Positions 19,786 through 29,672 of a stretch of 64,000 nucleotides of DNA are shown in pieces (position 1 is the stretch's first letter; every line of letters starts with the position of its first letter). Where the stretch lies: NCBI GenBank assembly GCA_022709865.1, contig JAKLIA010000001.1:127591-191590 (forward strand), written 5' to 3'. The notes beneath the pieces are model-generated. The model ran no database searches and was not told where the DNA came from. It was given only the letters and a program-made list of their open reading frames with translations. A program made the position numbers and the translations under genes. The DNA comes from Patescibacteria group bacterium (GTDB taxonomy: Bacteria; Patescibacteriota; Minisyncoccia; Portnoybacterales; GWB1-42-6).

Positions 19786-20790
19786 ATGGAAGAGCCAGCA
19801 AAAAAATCTGCTTCGGAATTGCGATTTGATCTAGTCAGTAAAGACTGGGTGGTTATCGCGACTGGCCGCGCCAAGCGCCCTGAAACTTTTGCCAAGCAAG
19901 AGCGGCAAAAAATAGAAGTGGAAGAAAAAGATTGCCCTTTTTGCGATTTGCAGGGGCAGGAGAAGCCGGTGCTCGAATATAAAAAAGACAGCGGTGATTG
20001 GGCGGTGGCGGTTGTGCCAAATAAGTTTCCGGCTTTTTCCCGCGCCGAAAGCTTGCGTGAGCGCGCCGAGGGCCCTTATTCGGTTATGGATGGCGTAGGC
20101 TTCCATGAAGTGGTGATAACCAGAGACCACAAAAAATCGTTAGCGGAAATGACGGTGGGCGAAGTAAAAAAAGTCATTGATGCTTATCAGGAAAGATATT
20201 TGGATCTGGCCAATGAAAAATTAGTCAATTATATCGCGATTTTCCACAATCATGGCAAGGAAGCCGGAGCGTCTGTTGCCCACCCCCATTCTCAAATTAT
20301 TGCTATGCCTCTGATTGATCCGGATCTGCAGCAAAGCCTGAACGGCTCAAAAATCTTTTTTGAAACGCGGGGGGAATGCGTGCATTGCAAAATGATGGCC
20401 TGGGACAAGGAAGATAAGCGGCGAATCGTTTTTGAAAATAAAGGATTTCTGGTAGTCGCGCCATTTGCTTCGCGGGTCGCCTTTGAATTAAGGATCATAC
20501 CCAAAGAGCATCATGCGTATTTTGAAAGAATAAAAGAAGAGGATAAGGAACTTCTAGCGGAAGCGTTGCAGGTTGCTTTGAATAAACTTTTTAAGGGCAT
20601 GAACGACCCAGCTTATAATTTCTTTTTGCATACGGCGCCGGTGGATGGAAAAGATTATAATCATTATCATTGGCATTTTGAGATTTTGCCGAAAACTTCG
20701 ACTTGGGCGGGGTTTGAGCTGGGCACGGGCATAGAGATCTCTACGGTAGAGCCGGAAGCGGCAGCGGAATACTTAAGGAAAATAGAATAA
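19786..20790 (+). CDS. galT: galactose-1-phosphate uridylyltransferase (HIT superfamily)
   Basis: 334 aa; CPFCDL zinc motif, AHPHSQI (HxHxQ) active site and a second half-domain with HWHFEILPK. Confidence 0.75.
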   Translation: MEEPAKKSASELRFDLVSKDWVVIATGRAKRPETFAKQERQKIEVEEKDCPFCDLQGQEKPVLEYKKDSGDWAVAVVPNKFPAFSRAESLRERAEGPYSVMDGVGFHEVVITRDHKKSLAEMTVGEVKKVIDAYQERYLDLANEKLVNYIAIFHNHGKEAGASVAHPHSQIIAMPLIDPDLQQSLNGSKIFFETRGECVHCKMMAWDKEDKRRIVFENKGFLVVAPFASRVAFELRIIPKEHHAYFERIKEEDKELLAEALQVALNKLFKGMNDPAYNFFLHTAPVDGKDYNHYHWHFEILPKTSTWAGFELGTGIEISTVEPEAAAEYLRKIE

Positions 20791-20804
20791 TTTAATTTTT
20801 ATAA

Positions 20805-21434
20805 ATGATATCGTCCGTTCTAGCTTGGTTGTCATCAATAATTATTTCGATTATTTCAACCACAGGATACTTGGGCATTTTTGGCTTGATGGCTTTGGAA
20901 AGCGCTTGTATTCCGGTGCCGTCGGAGGTAATTATGCCTTTTTCCGGATTTTTAGTTTGGGAGGGGCGGTTTGAATTATGGCAGGTGGCGCTTTGGGGAG
21001 GATTAGGGAACCTGCTAGGGTCCATTATTGCTTATTGGGTTGGCGCTTGGGGCGGCCGCCGTTTAGTAGAAAAATACGGAAAATATTTGCTGATCTCATC
21101 CCACGACTTAACCTTAGCGGATAATTGGTTTAGCAAATACGGCCAATTAACAGTTTTTTTCAGCCGATTGCTGCCGGTGGTTAGGACTTTTATTTCTTTG
21201 CCGGCCGGTATTGCGCGGATGCCTTTTAAAAAGTTTTGCCTTTATACTCTTCTTGGCTGCTTGCCCTGGTCTTTTGTTTTGGCTTATGCGGGCTTGATCG
21301 CTGGGGAAAATTGGGAAGGGCTTAAAGTCTATTTCCATAAGTTTGACCTAGTGATTGGTGTGGTAATTTTGGTTTTGGTTATTTGGTGGGTTAGGAGGCA
21401 TTTTAATCAAAAAGCAGTAATTAGTAATAGTTAA
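20805..21434 (+). CDS. DedA/VTT-domain family membrane protein
   Basis: 209 aa; DedA signature GYLGIFGLMALESACIPVPSEVIMPFSGFL and RLLPVVRTFISLPAGIARM. Confidence 0.8.
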   Translation: MISSVLAWLSSIIISIISTTGYLGIFGLMALESACIPVPSEVIMPFSGFLVWEGRFELWQVALWGGLGNLLGSIIAYWVGAWGGRRLVEKYGKYLLISSHDLTLADNWFSKYGQLTVFFSRLLPVVRTFISLPAGIARMPFKKFCLYTLLGCLPWSFVLAYAGLIAGENWEGLKVYFHKFDLVIGVVILVLVIWWVRRHFNQKAVISNS

Positions 21435-21441
21435 TAAAAAT

Positions 21442-22176
21442 ATGAAGAAACTCATTGTTGCCAATTGGAAAATGAACCCTAAGGCCGCCAAAGAGGCATT
21501 AGCTTTGCTAGAAGAGGTAAAAAAAGAAATCCGCGGCATTAAAGAGGCGGAAATAATTATTTGTCCGCCGGCAATTTGGCTTCAAAACCTGAAGCCTAGC
21601 GCGGCAATAAAAATGGGAGCGCAAAATTGCCATTGGGAAGTGAGCGGCGCCTTTACCGGAGAAATATCTGCGGCTATGGCTGCCGGGGCGGGAGCTGAGT
21701 ACGTTATTTTAGGGCACTCGGAGCGCCGGCAATTTATGGGCGAAACCGATGAGATAGTTAATTTAAAGATCAAGGCCGCTTTAAAGGCTAAGCTGAAAAT
21801 AATTTTGTGCGTGGGAGAAAAAATAGGGGAAGAAATGAGCGCGGTGGTAGAAAGCCAAATGTCTGCGTCTTTGGCGGGCCTAAGCGTTAACCAGATGAAG
21901 GAAGTAGTGATCGCTTATGAGCCGGTTTGGGCGATTGGCACGGGCAAGGCTTGTTCGCCAGACGATGCCTTAAGCGTTGGCTTATTTATCCGCAAAACTT
22001 TAACTAAACTTTATAGCCGCTTTTTGGCTGAAAAGACGCCGGTGCTTTATGGTGGCAGCGTTAACGGCCAAAATTGCGAAGCTTATATTTCTCAATCCAG
22101 GCTAGACGGTTTGCTGGTTGGCGGAGCGAGTTTAGATGCCAAAGAGTTTGGCCAGATCGCTAAGAAGATAAGTTAA
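21442..22176 (+). CDS. tpiA: triosephosphate isomerase
   Basis: 244 aa; VANWKMN, GHSERR and AYEPVWAIGTG motifs. Confidence 0.95.
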   Translation: MKKLIVANWKMNPKAAKEALALLEEVKKEIRGIKEAEIIICPPAIWLQNLKPSAAIKMGAQNCHWEVSGAFTGEISAAMAAGAGAEYVILGHSERRQFMGETDEIVNLKIKAALKAKLKIILCVGEKIGEEMSAVVESQMSASLAGLSVNQMKEVVIAYEPVWAIGTGKACSPDDALSVGLFIRKTLTKLYSRFLAEKTPVLYGGSVNGQNCEAYISQSRLDGLLVGGASLDAKEFGQIAKKIS

Positions 22177-22187
22177 TATTTTATAAT

Positions 22188-23354
22188 ATGGAGTTTTTAA
22201 AAAACATTAATGTGGCGCAAAAACGCGTTTTGGTGCGCGTTGATTTTAATGTTGATGTGGACGAAAAAAGCGGCCAGGTGGTCGACGATTTTAAAATCAG
22301 GCGGACTTTGCCAACTTTGAAATATCTGCTGCAAAATAACGCCAGAATTATTTTGATGTCCCATTTAGGGGAGCCAAAAAATAAAGAGGAGAACCTGAGC
22401 TTAAAGTGGGTAGCCAAAAAGACGGCGGAATTGTTGGGTAAAGAGATAATCTTTATTGATGATTGCGCGGGGGAAGAAGCCAAGCAGGCGGCCAGCAAAT
22501 TAAAAGATGGCCAGATAATTTTATTGGAAAATCTGCGTTTTTATAAAGAAGAAAAAGCTAACGATGAGATCTTTGCCAAAAACTTGGCGGCGCTGGGTGA
22601 GATATATGTTAATGACGCTTTTGGTGTTTCTCACCGCTCTCACGCTTCGGTCAGCGCCATAACGAGGTTTTTGCCAAGTTATGCGGGGCTGTTAATGGAA
22701 GAAGAGATAATTAATTTAACTAAAGCGCGCGATGCTAAAGATAGTTCTCTTTGCGTGATAATTGGCGGCGCCAAGATCTCAACAAAAATAAAATTAATAA
22801 AAAGTTTTTTAGACAAAGCGCAGGATATAATTTTAGGCGGAGCTTTGGCTAACACGGTTTTGCATGCCCGGGGAATCGAAGTGGGCAAATCGTTAATTGA
22901 GGCAAAAATGATCGATGAAGTTAAAGGGTTGGTGGCTAACGCAAAGATTCATTTGCCGACAGACGCGGTTTTTTGCACCAATAACGATGGGACAGGAGTT
23001 TGCCGAACCGGCTTAATAGAAAAAACGGGAGAAAACGAGTCAATTTTTGATATCGGGCCGGAATCGGAAAAACTTTTTTGCGGCATTATCCAGCGCGCCC
23101 AAATAATTCTTTGGAACGGGCCAATGGGTTTTTTTGAAAATGAAGCTTTTGGCCACGGCACGCGCGCCATTGCCGAGGCGATTGCCGGCTCGGGTGCTTT
23201 TTCCATTACCGGCGGCGGCGAGACGGTTTCTTATTTGGATAAGCTGAAATTAACCGATAAGTTTTCTTTTGTTTCCACCGGCGGTGGCGCGATGCTGGAG
23301 TTTTTGGCGGGGGAGCCAATGCCGGGAATTGAGGCTCTAGAACAAAAATTATAA
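22188..23354 (+). CDS. pgk: phosphoglycerate kinase
   Basis: 388 aa; RVDFNVP-type N-terminus, MSHLGRP-like motif (MSHLGEP), C-terminal GGGA/GGG nucleotide-binding motifs. Confidence 0.95.
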   Translation: MEFLKNINVAQKRVLVRVDFNVDVDEKSGQVVDDFKIRRTLPTLKYLLQNNARIILMSHLGEPKNKEENLSLKWVAKKTAELLGKEIIFIDDCAGEEAKQAASKLKDGQIILLENLRFYKEEKANDEIFAKNLAALGEIYVNDAFGVSHRSHASVSAITRFLPSYAGLLMEEEIINLTKARDAKDSSLCVIIGGAKISTKIKLIKSFLDKAQDIILGGALANTVLHARGIEVGKSLIEAKMIDEVKGLVANAKIHLPTDAVFCTNNDGTGVCRTGLIEKTGENESIFDIGPESEKLFCGIIQRAQIILWNGPMGFFENEAFGHGTRAIAEAIAGSGAFSITGGGETVSYLDKLKLTDKFSFVSTGGGAMLEFLAGEPMPGIEALEQKL

Positions 23355-23377
23355 TTTGTTATTTATAATCTTATTTA

Positions 23378-25129
23378 ATGATTTGGCAATTAAAACCAAG
23401 CGCGCCAAAAGAGTTTATCGCGCAATTTCCTGAGTATAATCCTGTGGTGCTGGAACTTTTATCGCGGCGGGGAATAAACACTCAAGAAAAAATAGACGAA
23501 TTTTTTAATCCGGATTATGAAGGGGATCTGCATGATCCTTTTTTGATGTTGGGCATGGCTGAAGCGGTGAAACGCATAACCAAGGCTATAGAAAATAAAG
23601 AAAAAATAGCGATTTTTGGCGATTATGATGCCGATGGAGTTTGCGGTTCGGTTCTATTGCAAGCCACGCTGGCCGAGCTTGGCGCGGATATTTCCGGCGG
23701 TATTTATGTTCCCGACAGAGTAAAAGATGGCTATGGTTTAAACCAAGAAGCGATAAAAAAAATGAAAAAGGAGGGCGTGGGTTTGATGCTCACAGTAGAT
23801 TGCGGGATTTCTGAAAAAGCGGATATTGATTTTGCCAATTCTCTGGGATTGGAAGTTGTGGTGACAGACCATCACCAGCCGGGAAAATCTTTGCCTAAAG
23901 CCGAGGCCATTGTTAATCCTTGGCAAAAAAAAGACAAATATCCTTTTAAGGAGTTGGCTGGAGTTGGCGTGGCCTTTAAATTAGCGCAGGCATTAATCGG
24001 CTCGAGCAAAAAAACCAAGCCAGGCTGGGAAAAGTGGCTCTTGGATCTGGTGGCGCTGGGAACCGTGGCTGATTGCATGCCGCTCTTGGGCGAAAATCGG
24101 ACGCTGGTAAGATACGGCTTAATAGTTTTAGCCCAAACTCAGCGGATGGGATTGCAGGAATTAATGAAGGTGGCGCGGCTTAATCCGATATATGAAATAG
24201 AAAAATTAAAAACAAATCTGGACACTTATTCTTTAGGTTTTGTGCTGGCGCCGCGTTTGAACGCGGCCGGGAGAATTGATCACGCGGATCTGGCGGTAGA
24301 CCTTTTATTGACCCAAGACCGGGGAGAAGCAGCGGCGATGGCTAAGAAAATTAACGACCATAATGGCCGGCGCCAAAAAATAACCGAAGATATTGTTAAA
24401 GAAATTGAGCGGCGGATAGCGGGAGATTTGAATAACGAAAAAAAACCAGTTCTTTTTGCTAGTGATCCTAATTGGTCTCCAGGCGTGATCGGTTTAGTTG
24501 CCGGAAAAATTGCCGATAGGCACAACCGGCCGGCTTTTATTTTTTCTTCCGCCAGCCAGGGCCAGCCAACTCATTTGCGGGGTTCGGCCCGCAGTGTGCC
24601 GGCTTTTAATCTGATAGAGGCGATAAGCGCTTGCGCTGAATTGCTGGCAGAATATGGCGGCCATATCGGCGCAGCGGGATTGGAATTGGAAGCCAAGAAT
24701 CTAGCGGCCTTTGAAGAAAAAATTAACCAAATTGCTTGCCAAAAATTAAAAGGAATTGACCTAACGCCGGTGTTGGAAGTTGATGCGGAACTTAAGCCGG
24801 CAGATATTGATTGGAAATTATTCGATAATTTGGAAAAATTTGAGCCGTTTGGCAAAAATAACGAACGGCCGCTCTGGCTCATCAAAAATCTGGAAGTGGC
24901 CGGTGTGCGCGTGGTAGGCAACGGCTCCAAGCATTTAAAGCTGGAACTTAAAAGTGAGCAATTGCCGAAGAAGACATTTAAAGCCATTGGTTTTGGTTTG
25001 GCTGGCAATGGGAACGCGGACTTGGCTTTTGGCGATAAAATTGATATAGTGTGTGAAATAATCGTGGACGAATGGAATGGCACTCGCAATCTGCAGCTTA
25101 AGATCGTGGATTTAAAACAATTAAAATAA
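23378..25129 (+). CDS. recJ: single-stranded-DNA-specific exonuclease RecJ (DHH/DHHA1)
   Basis: 583 aa; DYDADGV, DHH (TDHHQP) and a C-terminal DHHA1/OB region. Confidence 0.85.
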   Translation: MIWQLKPSAPKEFIAQFPEYNPVVLELLSRRGINTQEKIDEFFNPDYEGDLHDPFLMLGMAEAVKRITKAIENKEKIAIFGDYDADGVCGSVLLQATLAELGADISGGIYVPDRVKDGYGLNQEAIKKMKKEGVGLMLTVDCGISEKADIDFANSLGLEVVVTDHHQPGKSLPKAEAIVNPWQKKDKYPFKELAGVGVAFKLAQALIGSSKKTKPGWEKWLLDLVALGTVADCMPLLGENRTLVRYGLIVLAQTQRMGLQELMKVARLNPIYEIEKLKTNLDTYSLGFVLAPRLNAAGRIDHADLAVDLLLTQDRGEAAAMAKKINDHNGRRQKITEDIVKEIERRIAGDLNNEKKPVLFASDPNWSPGVIGLVAGKIADRHNRPAFIFSSASQGQPTHLRGSARSVPAFNLIEAISACAELLAEYGGHIGAAGLELEAKNLAAFEEKINQIACQKLKGIDLTPVLEVDAELKPADIDWKLFDNLEKFEPFGKNNERPLWLIKNLEVAGVRVVGNGSKHLKLELKSEQLPKKTFKAIGFGLAGNGNADLAFGDKIDIVCEIIVDEWNGTRNLQLKIVDLKQLK

Positions 25130-25133
25130 GCAT

Positions 25134-25565
25134 ATGAAATATATTTTATATACTGATGGCGGCAGCCGTGGCAATCCTGGGCCGGCAGGGATTGGAGTCG
25201 TTATTTGTGGTGCCAAAGGGGAAATCCTGAAAAGATATGGCGAAACTATCGGCGAGACGACCAATAATGAAGCCGAGTATCAGGCGTTGATCTTTGGCTT
25301 AAAAAAATTAAAACAAGTTTTTGGAAAAGAAGCGATGAAGAAGGCGGAGCTGGAAGTGAGAATGGATTCAGAGCTTATTGTTAAACAAATGAGCCACAAG
25401 TATAAAATAGAAGAGCCTAATTTGCAGCAGTTGTTCTTGTTGGTGTGGAACTTAATGCTTGATTTTGGCCAGATGAAATTCGTGGCCATTCCCCGGGAGC
25501 AGAATAAGGAAGCGGATGCTTTGGTGAATCAGGCGCTGGACGAGCGGCAAGGCAACTTACTTTAA
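25134..25565 (+). CDS. rnhA: ribonuclease H (type 1)
   Basis: 143 aa; YTDGGSRGNPGPAG start, NNEAEY and a C-terminal D residue pattern of RNase HI. Confidence 0.8.
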   Translation: MKYILYTDGGSRGNPGPAGIGVVICGAKGEILKRYGETIGETTNNEAEYQALIFGLKKLKQVFGKEAMKKAELEVRMDSELIVKQMSHKYKIEEPNLQQLFLLVWNLMLDFGQMKFVAIPREQNKEADALVNQALDERQGNLL

Positions 25566-25582
25566 TAGCGTTAAATAAAAAT

Positions 25583-26248
25583 ATGCCAAAATATATAAAA
25601 ACTATTTTAATAATTTCCGCCGCCTTTTTTATCGTGCCAATGATTGCTTTATCCCATCAGCCGCGGCTAGTCGATGGCGGAGCGGTGGTGGTGGTTGAAA
25701 ACCCCGAGATCTCACAAGCTTTTTACGGTGAATTAAAGGGGCTCGACCAAAGTTTTAGCCTGGCCGTTGATAAGCCGATGGTTCTTTTTGCTAATGTTTT
25801 GGTGCCTGATCTGCCGATGGCAAAAACTAATATGTCGCTAGAAATACTTAAATTAACCCCGGCCACTACCTCGATCGCTTTTTTTAGCGGCGATAATTTT
25901 ACCTGGACGAAGTTTTATGAACCGTTTGCCGGCGACGATTATTTAAAGGGCCCCGAGTTTAAACAGGCCGTAGAAGCGGGAAGTTATTTGGTCCGCGTGT
26001 CCAGCCCCAATTATAAGGGCAAATATTCTTTGGCTATCGGCGAGAAAGAATCTTTTCCAATAAACGAGATTTGGAACACCTTTAGGGTCTTGCCAACTTT
26101 AAAAAGTGATTTTTTCAACAAATCTCCTTGGATGATGTTTTTTAATTATATCGGGCTCTTTTTGCTAGCTGCCATTCTAGTCTTGGCGGCAATTATTTTT
26201 TTGGCCTGGCGGGCGATTAAAAAGCGCAAAAACAATAAAGCCTTTTAG
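25583..26248 (+). CDS. hypothetical secreted/membrane-anchored protein (N-terminal signal anchor, C-terminal TM plus basic tail)
   Basis: 221 aa; hydrophobic N-terminus and C-terminal LFLLAAILVLAAIIFLAWRAIKKRKNNKAF; no recognisable catalytic motif. Confidence 0.5.
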   Translation: MPKYIKTILIISAAFFIVPMIALSHQPRLVDGGAVVVVENPEISQAFYGELKGLDQSFSLAVDKPMVLFANVLVPDLPMAKTNMSLEILKLTPATTSIAFFSGDNFTWTKFYEPFAGDDYLKGPEFKQAVEAGSYLVRVSSPNYKGKYSLAIGEKESFPINEIWNTFRVLPTLKSDFFNKSPWMMFFNYIGLFLLAAILVLAAIIFLAWRAIKKRKNNKAF

Positions 26249-26279
26249 TTTTTTATTTTATCCTATAATCAATAAAAAT

Positions 26280-26882
26280 ATGGATATAAAAAAAATAGGG
26301 GATTATTTATTGGGTTATAAGTGGGTTTTTGTTTTCGCCGTTTTTGTTGCCATAGCGGCGGCTGGTTTTGCTTGGCAGGGCGACAAATACAGTGCCTCGC
26401 TGGCTTTGACCATAGGGCGCTCGGGCACCCAAAACGCCGTTGATTATAAATACGATAATTATTACGCTTTAAAGGCTTCCGATGAGTTTGGCAGCACGGT
26501 AGTGGGATGGTTCAAAACTCCGGAAATGGCGCAGGCTGTTTACAGGCGGGCGCAGATCGATCTGGGGCAGGCGAGTTTAGATAGTTTAAGCCGGCAATTT
26601 TTAGCGGCGAAGATCTCACCTAATACCGTTGAAGTCCGTTTTTCAGCCGACACTCCGGAAAAGATAGCTTTTTTAGGCCCGGCCATTGCTTCTGTGGTCG
26701 CGGAAAAAGCAAATAAGATCAGCGCATCTTCAGATCAAGGAGTAGATTTTTCTGTGACAGGCGGAGAGGTCGTGGTGGTGGACAATTCTTCTAATATTTA
26801 CCGGAACTTTTGGGCAGGATTGCTTGGGGGCTTTATATTGGGTTTTTTTATAAAGTCGGCCAAGGAATATTTTAAAGAATAG
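26280..26882 (+). CDS. putative polysaccharide co-polymerase (Wzz/chain-length determinant-like), two TM
   Basis: 200 aa; TM at the N-terminus and at the extreme C-terminus (GLLGGFILGFFI) flanking a soluble domain; placed directly before two GT4 genes; assignment is by topology and context only. Confidence 0.4.
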   Translation: MDIKKIGDYLLGYKWVFVFAVFVAIAAAGFAWQGDKYSASLALTIGRSGTQNAVDYKYDNYYALKASDEFGSTVVGWFKTPEMAQAVYRRAQIDLGQASLDSLSRQFLAAKISPNTVEVRFSADTPEKIAFLGPAIASVVAEKANKISASSDQGVDFSVTGGEVVVVDNSSNIYRNFWAGLLGGFILGFFIKSAKEYFKE

Positions 26883-26888
26883 AGCTTT

Positions 26889-28031
26889 ATGATTATCGGC
26901 ATTGACCTTAGAGTTTTAGCCAAAGGAACACGGAGCGGGATAGAAGAATATACCATAAATCTTCTGTCCCGTCTTTTGTCTTTGGATAAAAATATCAAGT
27001 TTAAATTATTCTACAATGCCTTTAACCAGGTTGAATTGGATTATGACTGGCTGAAACTGCCTAATGTTGAATTAAAAAAGTTCTATATCCCCAACCGTTT
27101 TATTTTTGACCCGCTGGCTAAGTTTTTTCGTTGGCCAAAGGTCGACCAGCTCTTGGGCGGCTGCGACGTTTTTTTTGCGCCGCATTTTTTATTAAGCCCG
27201 GTGAGCAAGGATTGCAAGAAAGTCATTACTTTTCATGACTTGTCATTTGAATATTTTCCAGAGTTTTTTTCTTGGCGCAAGCGTTTCTGGCATAGCTTTC
27301 TGGCGCCGCGCCAACGGGCCCTGGAAGCCGATAAAATTATTGCTGTTTCCGGTTCCACCAAAGAAGACTTAGCGGATATCTACGGCGCGGCGCTAGAAAA
27401 AATAAAAACTATTCATTCCGGCGTCGGAGAAGAGTTTCGGCCGATGGAACAGGAAGCTTGTTTTGCCGTATCGAAAAAATATGGTTTGCCGGCGAAGTTT
27501 ATCTTGTATTTTGGAACGCTGGAGCCTAGAAAAAACTTGGTTGGCCTGATAAAATCCTATGAGATTTTGCGCGAAAAAATACCCCAAGGCTCTCCGGCGC
27601 CGGCTTTGGTGCTGGCTGGCAGCGCTGGTTGGCTGGCTGATGAAATATTTAATGCGGCTAGAAAATCTCTTTTTGCGCCGGATATTAAGCTTATTGGATT
27701 TGTTGATCCGGAAGATAAGCCGCAGCTTTTTAATTTGGCGTCAGTGTTCGTTTATCCAAGTTTTTTTGAAGGATTTGGTTTCCCGCCGCTGGAGGCCATG
27801 GCTTGCGGCGTGCCGACCATCACTTCCCATACTTCGTCTTTCCCGGAGGTAGTGGGCGATAGCGCTTTAATGGTGGATCCGTATAATTTTGAAGAAATTG
27901 CCTGGGCGGTGAAAGAAGTTTGGCAAGATGATAATTTAAAGAAAGAGTTGATTATGGAGGGGCTTGAGCGCGTTAAAGATTTTTCCTGGGATAAATGCGC
28001 GCAGGAGACGCTGGATTTTTTAATCAAATAG
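26889..28031 (+). CDS. family 4 (GT-B) glycosyltransferase
   Basis: 380 aa; EGFGFPPLEAMACGVPTITS motif typical of GT4 retaining transferases. Confidence 0.85.
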   Translation: MIIGIDLRVLAKGTRSGIEEYTINLLSRLLSLDKNIKFKLFYNAFNQVELDYDWLKLPNVELKKFYIPNRFIFDPLAKFFRWPKVDQLLGGCDVFFAPHFLLSPVSKDCKKVITFHDLSFEYFPEFFSWRKRFWHSFLAPRQRALEADKIIAVSGSTKEDLADIYGAALEKIKTIHSGVGEEFRPMEQEACFAVSKKYGLPAKFILYFGTLEPRKNLVGLIKSYEILREKIPQGSPAPALVLAGSAGWLADEIFNAARKSLFAPDIKLIGFVDPEDKPQLFNLASVFVYPSFFEGFGFPPLEAMACGVPTITSHTSSFPEVVGDSALMVDPYNFEEIAWAVKEVWQDDNLKKELIMEGLERVKDFSWDKCAQETLDFLIK

Positions 28032-28035
28032 GTTT

Positions 28036-29169
28036 ATGAAAATAGGCATTGATGCTAGGTTTTTTGGCCCTAAAGCCAAAGGCCTTGGCCGGTATACGCA
28101 AAAGTTAATAGAGGAACTTGAAAAAAATGATGATCAAAATGATTATTTGATTTTTTTGCGGCAAGAGAACTTTAATGAATACCAGCCCCAGAGTCCTCGT
28201 TTTAAAAAGATCTTGGCGCCTTGGCGTTGGTATTCTTTGGGCGAGCAAATATTTTTTCCGTGCCAGCTGTATGGCCATAAAATCGATTTGATGCACTTTA
28301 CGCACTTTAACGCGCCGGCGCTTTATGTTAGGCCCTTTGTTATCACTATTCATGACCTTATCTTGCAGCGTTTTCCGACCGCCAAAGACACTTTTTTTGG
28401 GCGAATAAAATATTGGTTCAAAAATATTGGCTATAAAATAGTGATCCGCTTGGCGGCGGCTAAGGCCAAAAAGATCATTACAGTTTCGCAGTTTGTCAAA
28501 AACGATATTATTAAATATTTTGGCGCGGCCGAAGAAAAAATAACCGTTATCTATGAAGGCTCGCCCAAGGTTGCTAATCGCCAAGAACCAAATAGCAATC
28601 GTGAAATACTAGAAAAATACAAAATAAAAAAACCTTATCTGCTTTATGTCGGCAACGCTTATCCGCATAAGAACCTACCTAATCTGGCGAAGGCTTTTCA
28701 GCTTTTGCGCGATGGCCGGTATCAAGAATTGCAATTGGTTTTAGTGGGCGGGGAGGATTATTTTTATCAAAAGCTAAAAAAAGCTAATTGCAATAGCGCC
28801 GGAGTCTGTTTTGGCGGAGGGGTGGTTTTTACCGGTTTTGTGCCAGATAACGAGCTGCAAAGCCTGTATGAAGAGGCGGAAGCGTATGTTTTCCCTTCTT
28901 TGTGCGAGGGGTTTGGTTTGCCGCCGTTGGAAGCAATGAGCTATGCTTTGCCGGTGGCCAGCTCCAGCGCCACTTGTTTGCCCGAGATTTTAGGCGAAGC
29001 AGCTTTATATTTCGATGCTTTGGACGTAAAAGATATGGCAGAGAAAATAGGCCAAATAATATCTGATAAAAAATTAAGGCAAGGCATGATCGAAGCCGGC
29101 CTTAAGCAGATAGAAAAGTATTCTTGGCAGAAAATGGCCAAGGCAACCAGGGAAATATACTCGCGGTAG
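28036..29169 (+). CDS. family 4 (GT-B) glycosyltransferase
   Basis: 377 aa; EGFGLPPLEAMSYALPVASS motif. Confidence 0.85.
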   Translation: MKIGIDARFFGPKAKGLGRYTQKLIEELEKNDDQNDYLIFLRQENFNEYQPQSPRFKKILAPWRWYSLGEQIFFPCQLYGHKIDLMHFTHFNAPALYVRPFVITIHDLILQRFPTAKDTFFGRIKYWFKNIGYKIVIRLAAAKAKKIITVSQFVKNDIIKYFGAAEEKITVIYEGSPKVANRQEPNSNREILEKYKIKKPYLLYVGNAYPHKNLPNLAKAFQLLRDGRYQELQLVLVGGEDYFYQKLKKANCNSAGVCFGGGVVFTGFVPDNELQSLYEEAEAYVFPSLCEGFGLPPLEAMSYALPVASSSATCLPEILGEAALYFDALDVKDMAEKIGQIISDKKLRQGMIEAGLKQIEKYSWQKMAKATREIYSR

Positions 29170-29249
29170 AAAGATTGATTTTTTTGTCGGTTTGGAGTAG
29201 TCTTTTATATTGAAATTAAAAATACAAAATAATTTCTTAGGAGGGAGGC

Positions 29250-29672
29250 ATGCTCATTAAAAATCTGGAAGTTTGTATAATAGAGAAACAAGCGGTTGGG
29301 GCGAAATCAGATTTTAAGATTTTTTCTCCAAAAGAGTTAGCCAAAATAAAAGAGATCGGGCAAAAAATTGCCGGCGAGGAAGAAAGAGCGGTCTATACGC
29401 ATAATTTGATCGATGAATGGCCGGAAATACTTCTTTCGTCTGGCGTCTTTTTTTCTGAAGATGGTAAAAAAAGACTAGAAACAGATAAAGCGGTAATAGT
29501 GGCTATGCGGAAAAACGGATGCGTCCAATTTTTTGGCGGTAAAAAAGGAAGTGCCGGGGAAATAATTAAAAGTGTTTCCAAAGATCGGCAAAGAACGAAC
29601 AGTCTTGATCATAAACGTCAGCAGAACGGAGGGCAAAATGAGAAAAGAATATCCAGCAGATCTTCGTGGTAA
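29250..29672 (+). CDS. hypothetical protein (strong SD GGAGGGAGG upstream); the 3' region overlaps the next ORF
   Basis: 140 aa; no family recognised; the C-terminal 30 aa are low complexity and overlap the frame of the next gene, so the true 3' end may be earlier or a frameshift may be present. Confidence 0.45.
   Translation: MLIKNLEVCIIEKQAVGAKSDFKIFSPKELAKIKEIGQKIAGEEERAVYTHNLIDEWPEILLSSGVFFSEDGKKRLETDKAVIVAMRKNGCVQFFGGKKGSAGEIIKSVSKDRQRTNSLDHKRQQNGGQNEKRISSRSSW

Noticed and set aside
29572-29637. The ORF-track start at 29572 for the second small gene
   Set aside because: The Met at 29638 is preceded by a much better SD (GGAGGG at 7 nt), and the 29572 start would overlap the preceding ORF by 100 nt. 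It is retained as an alternative because a frameshift is possible.
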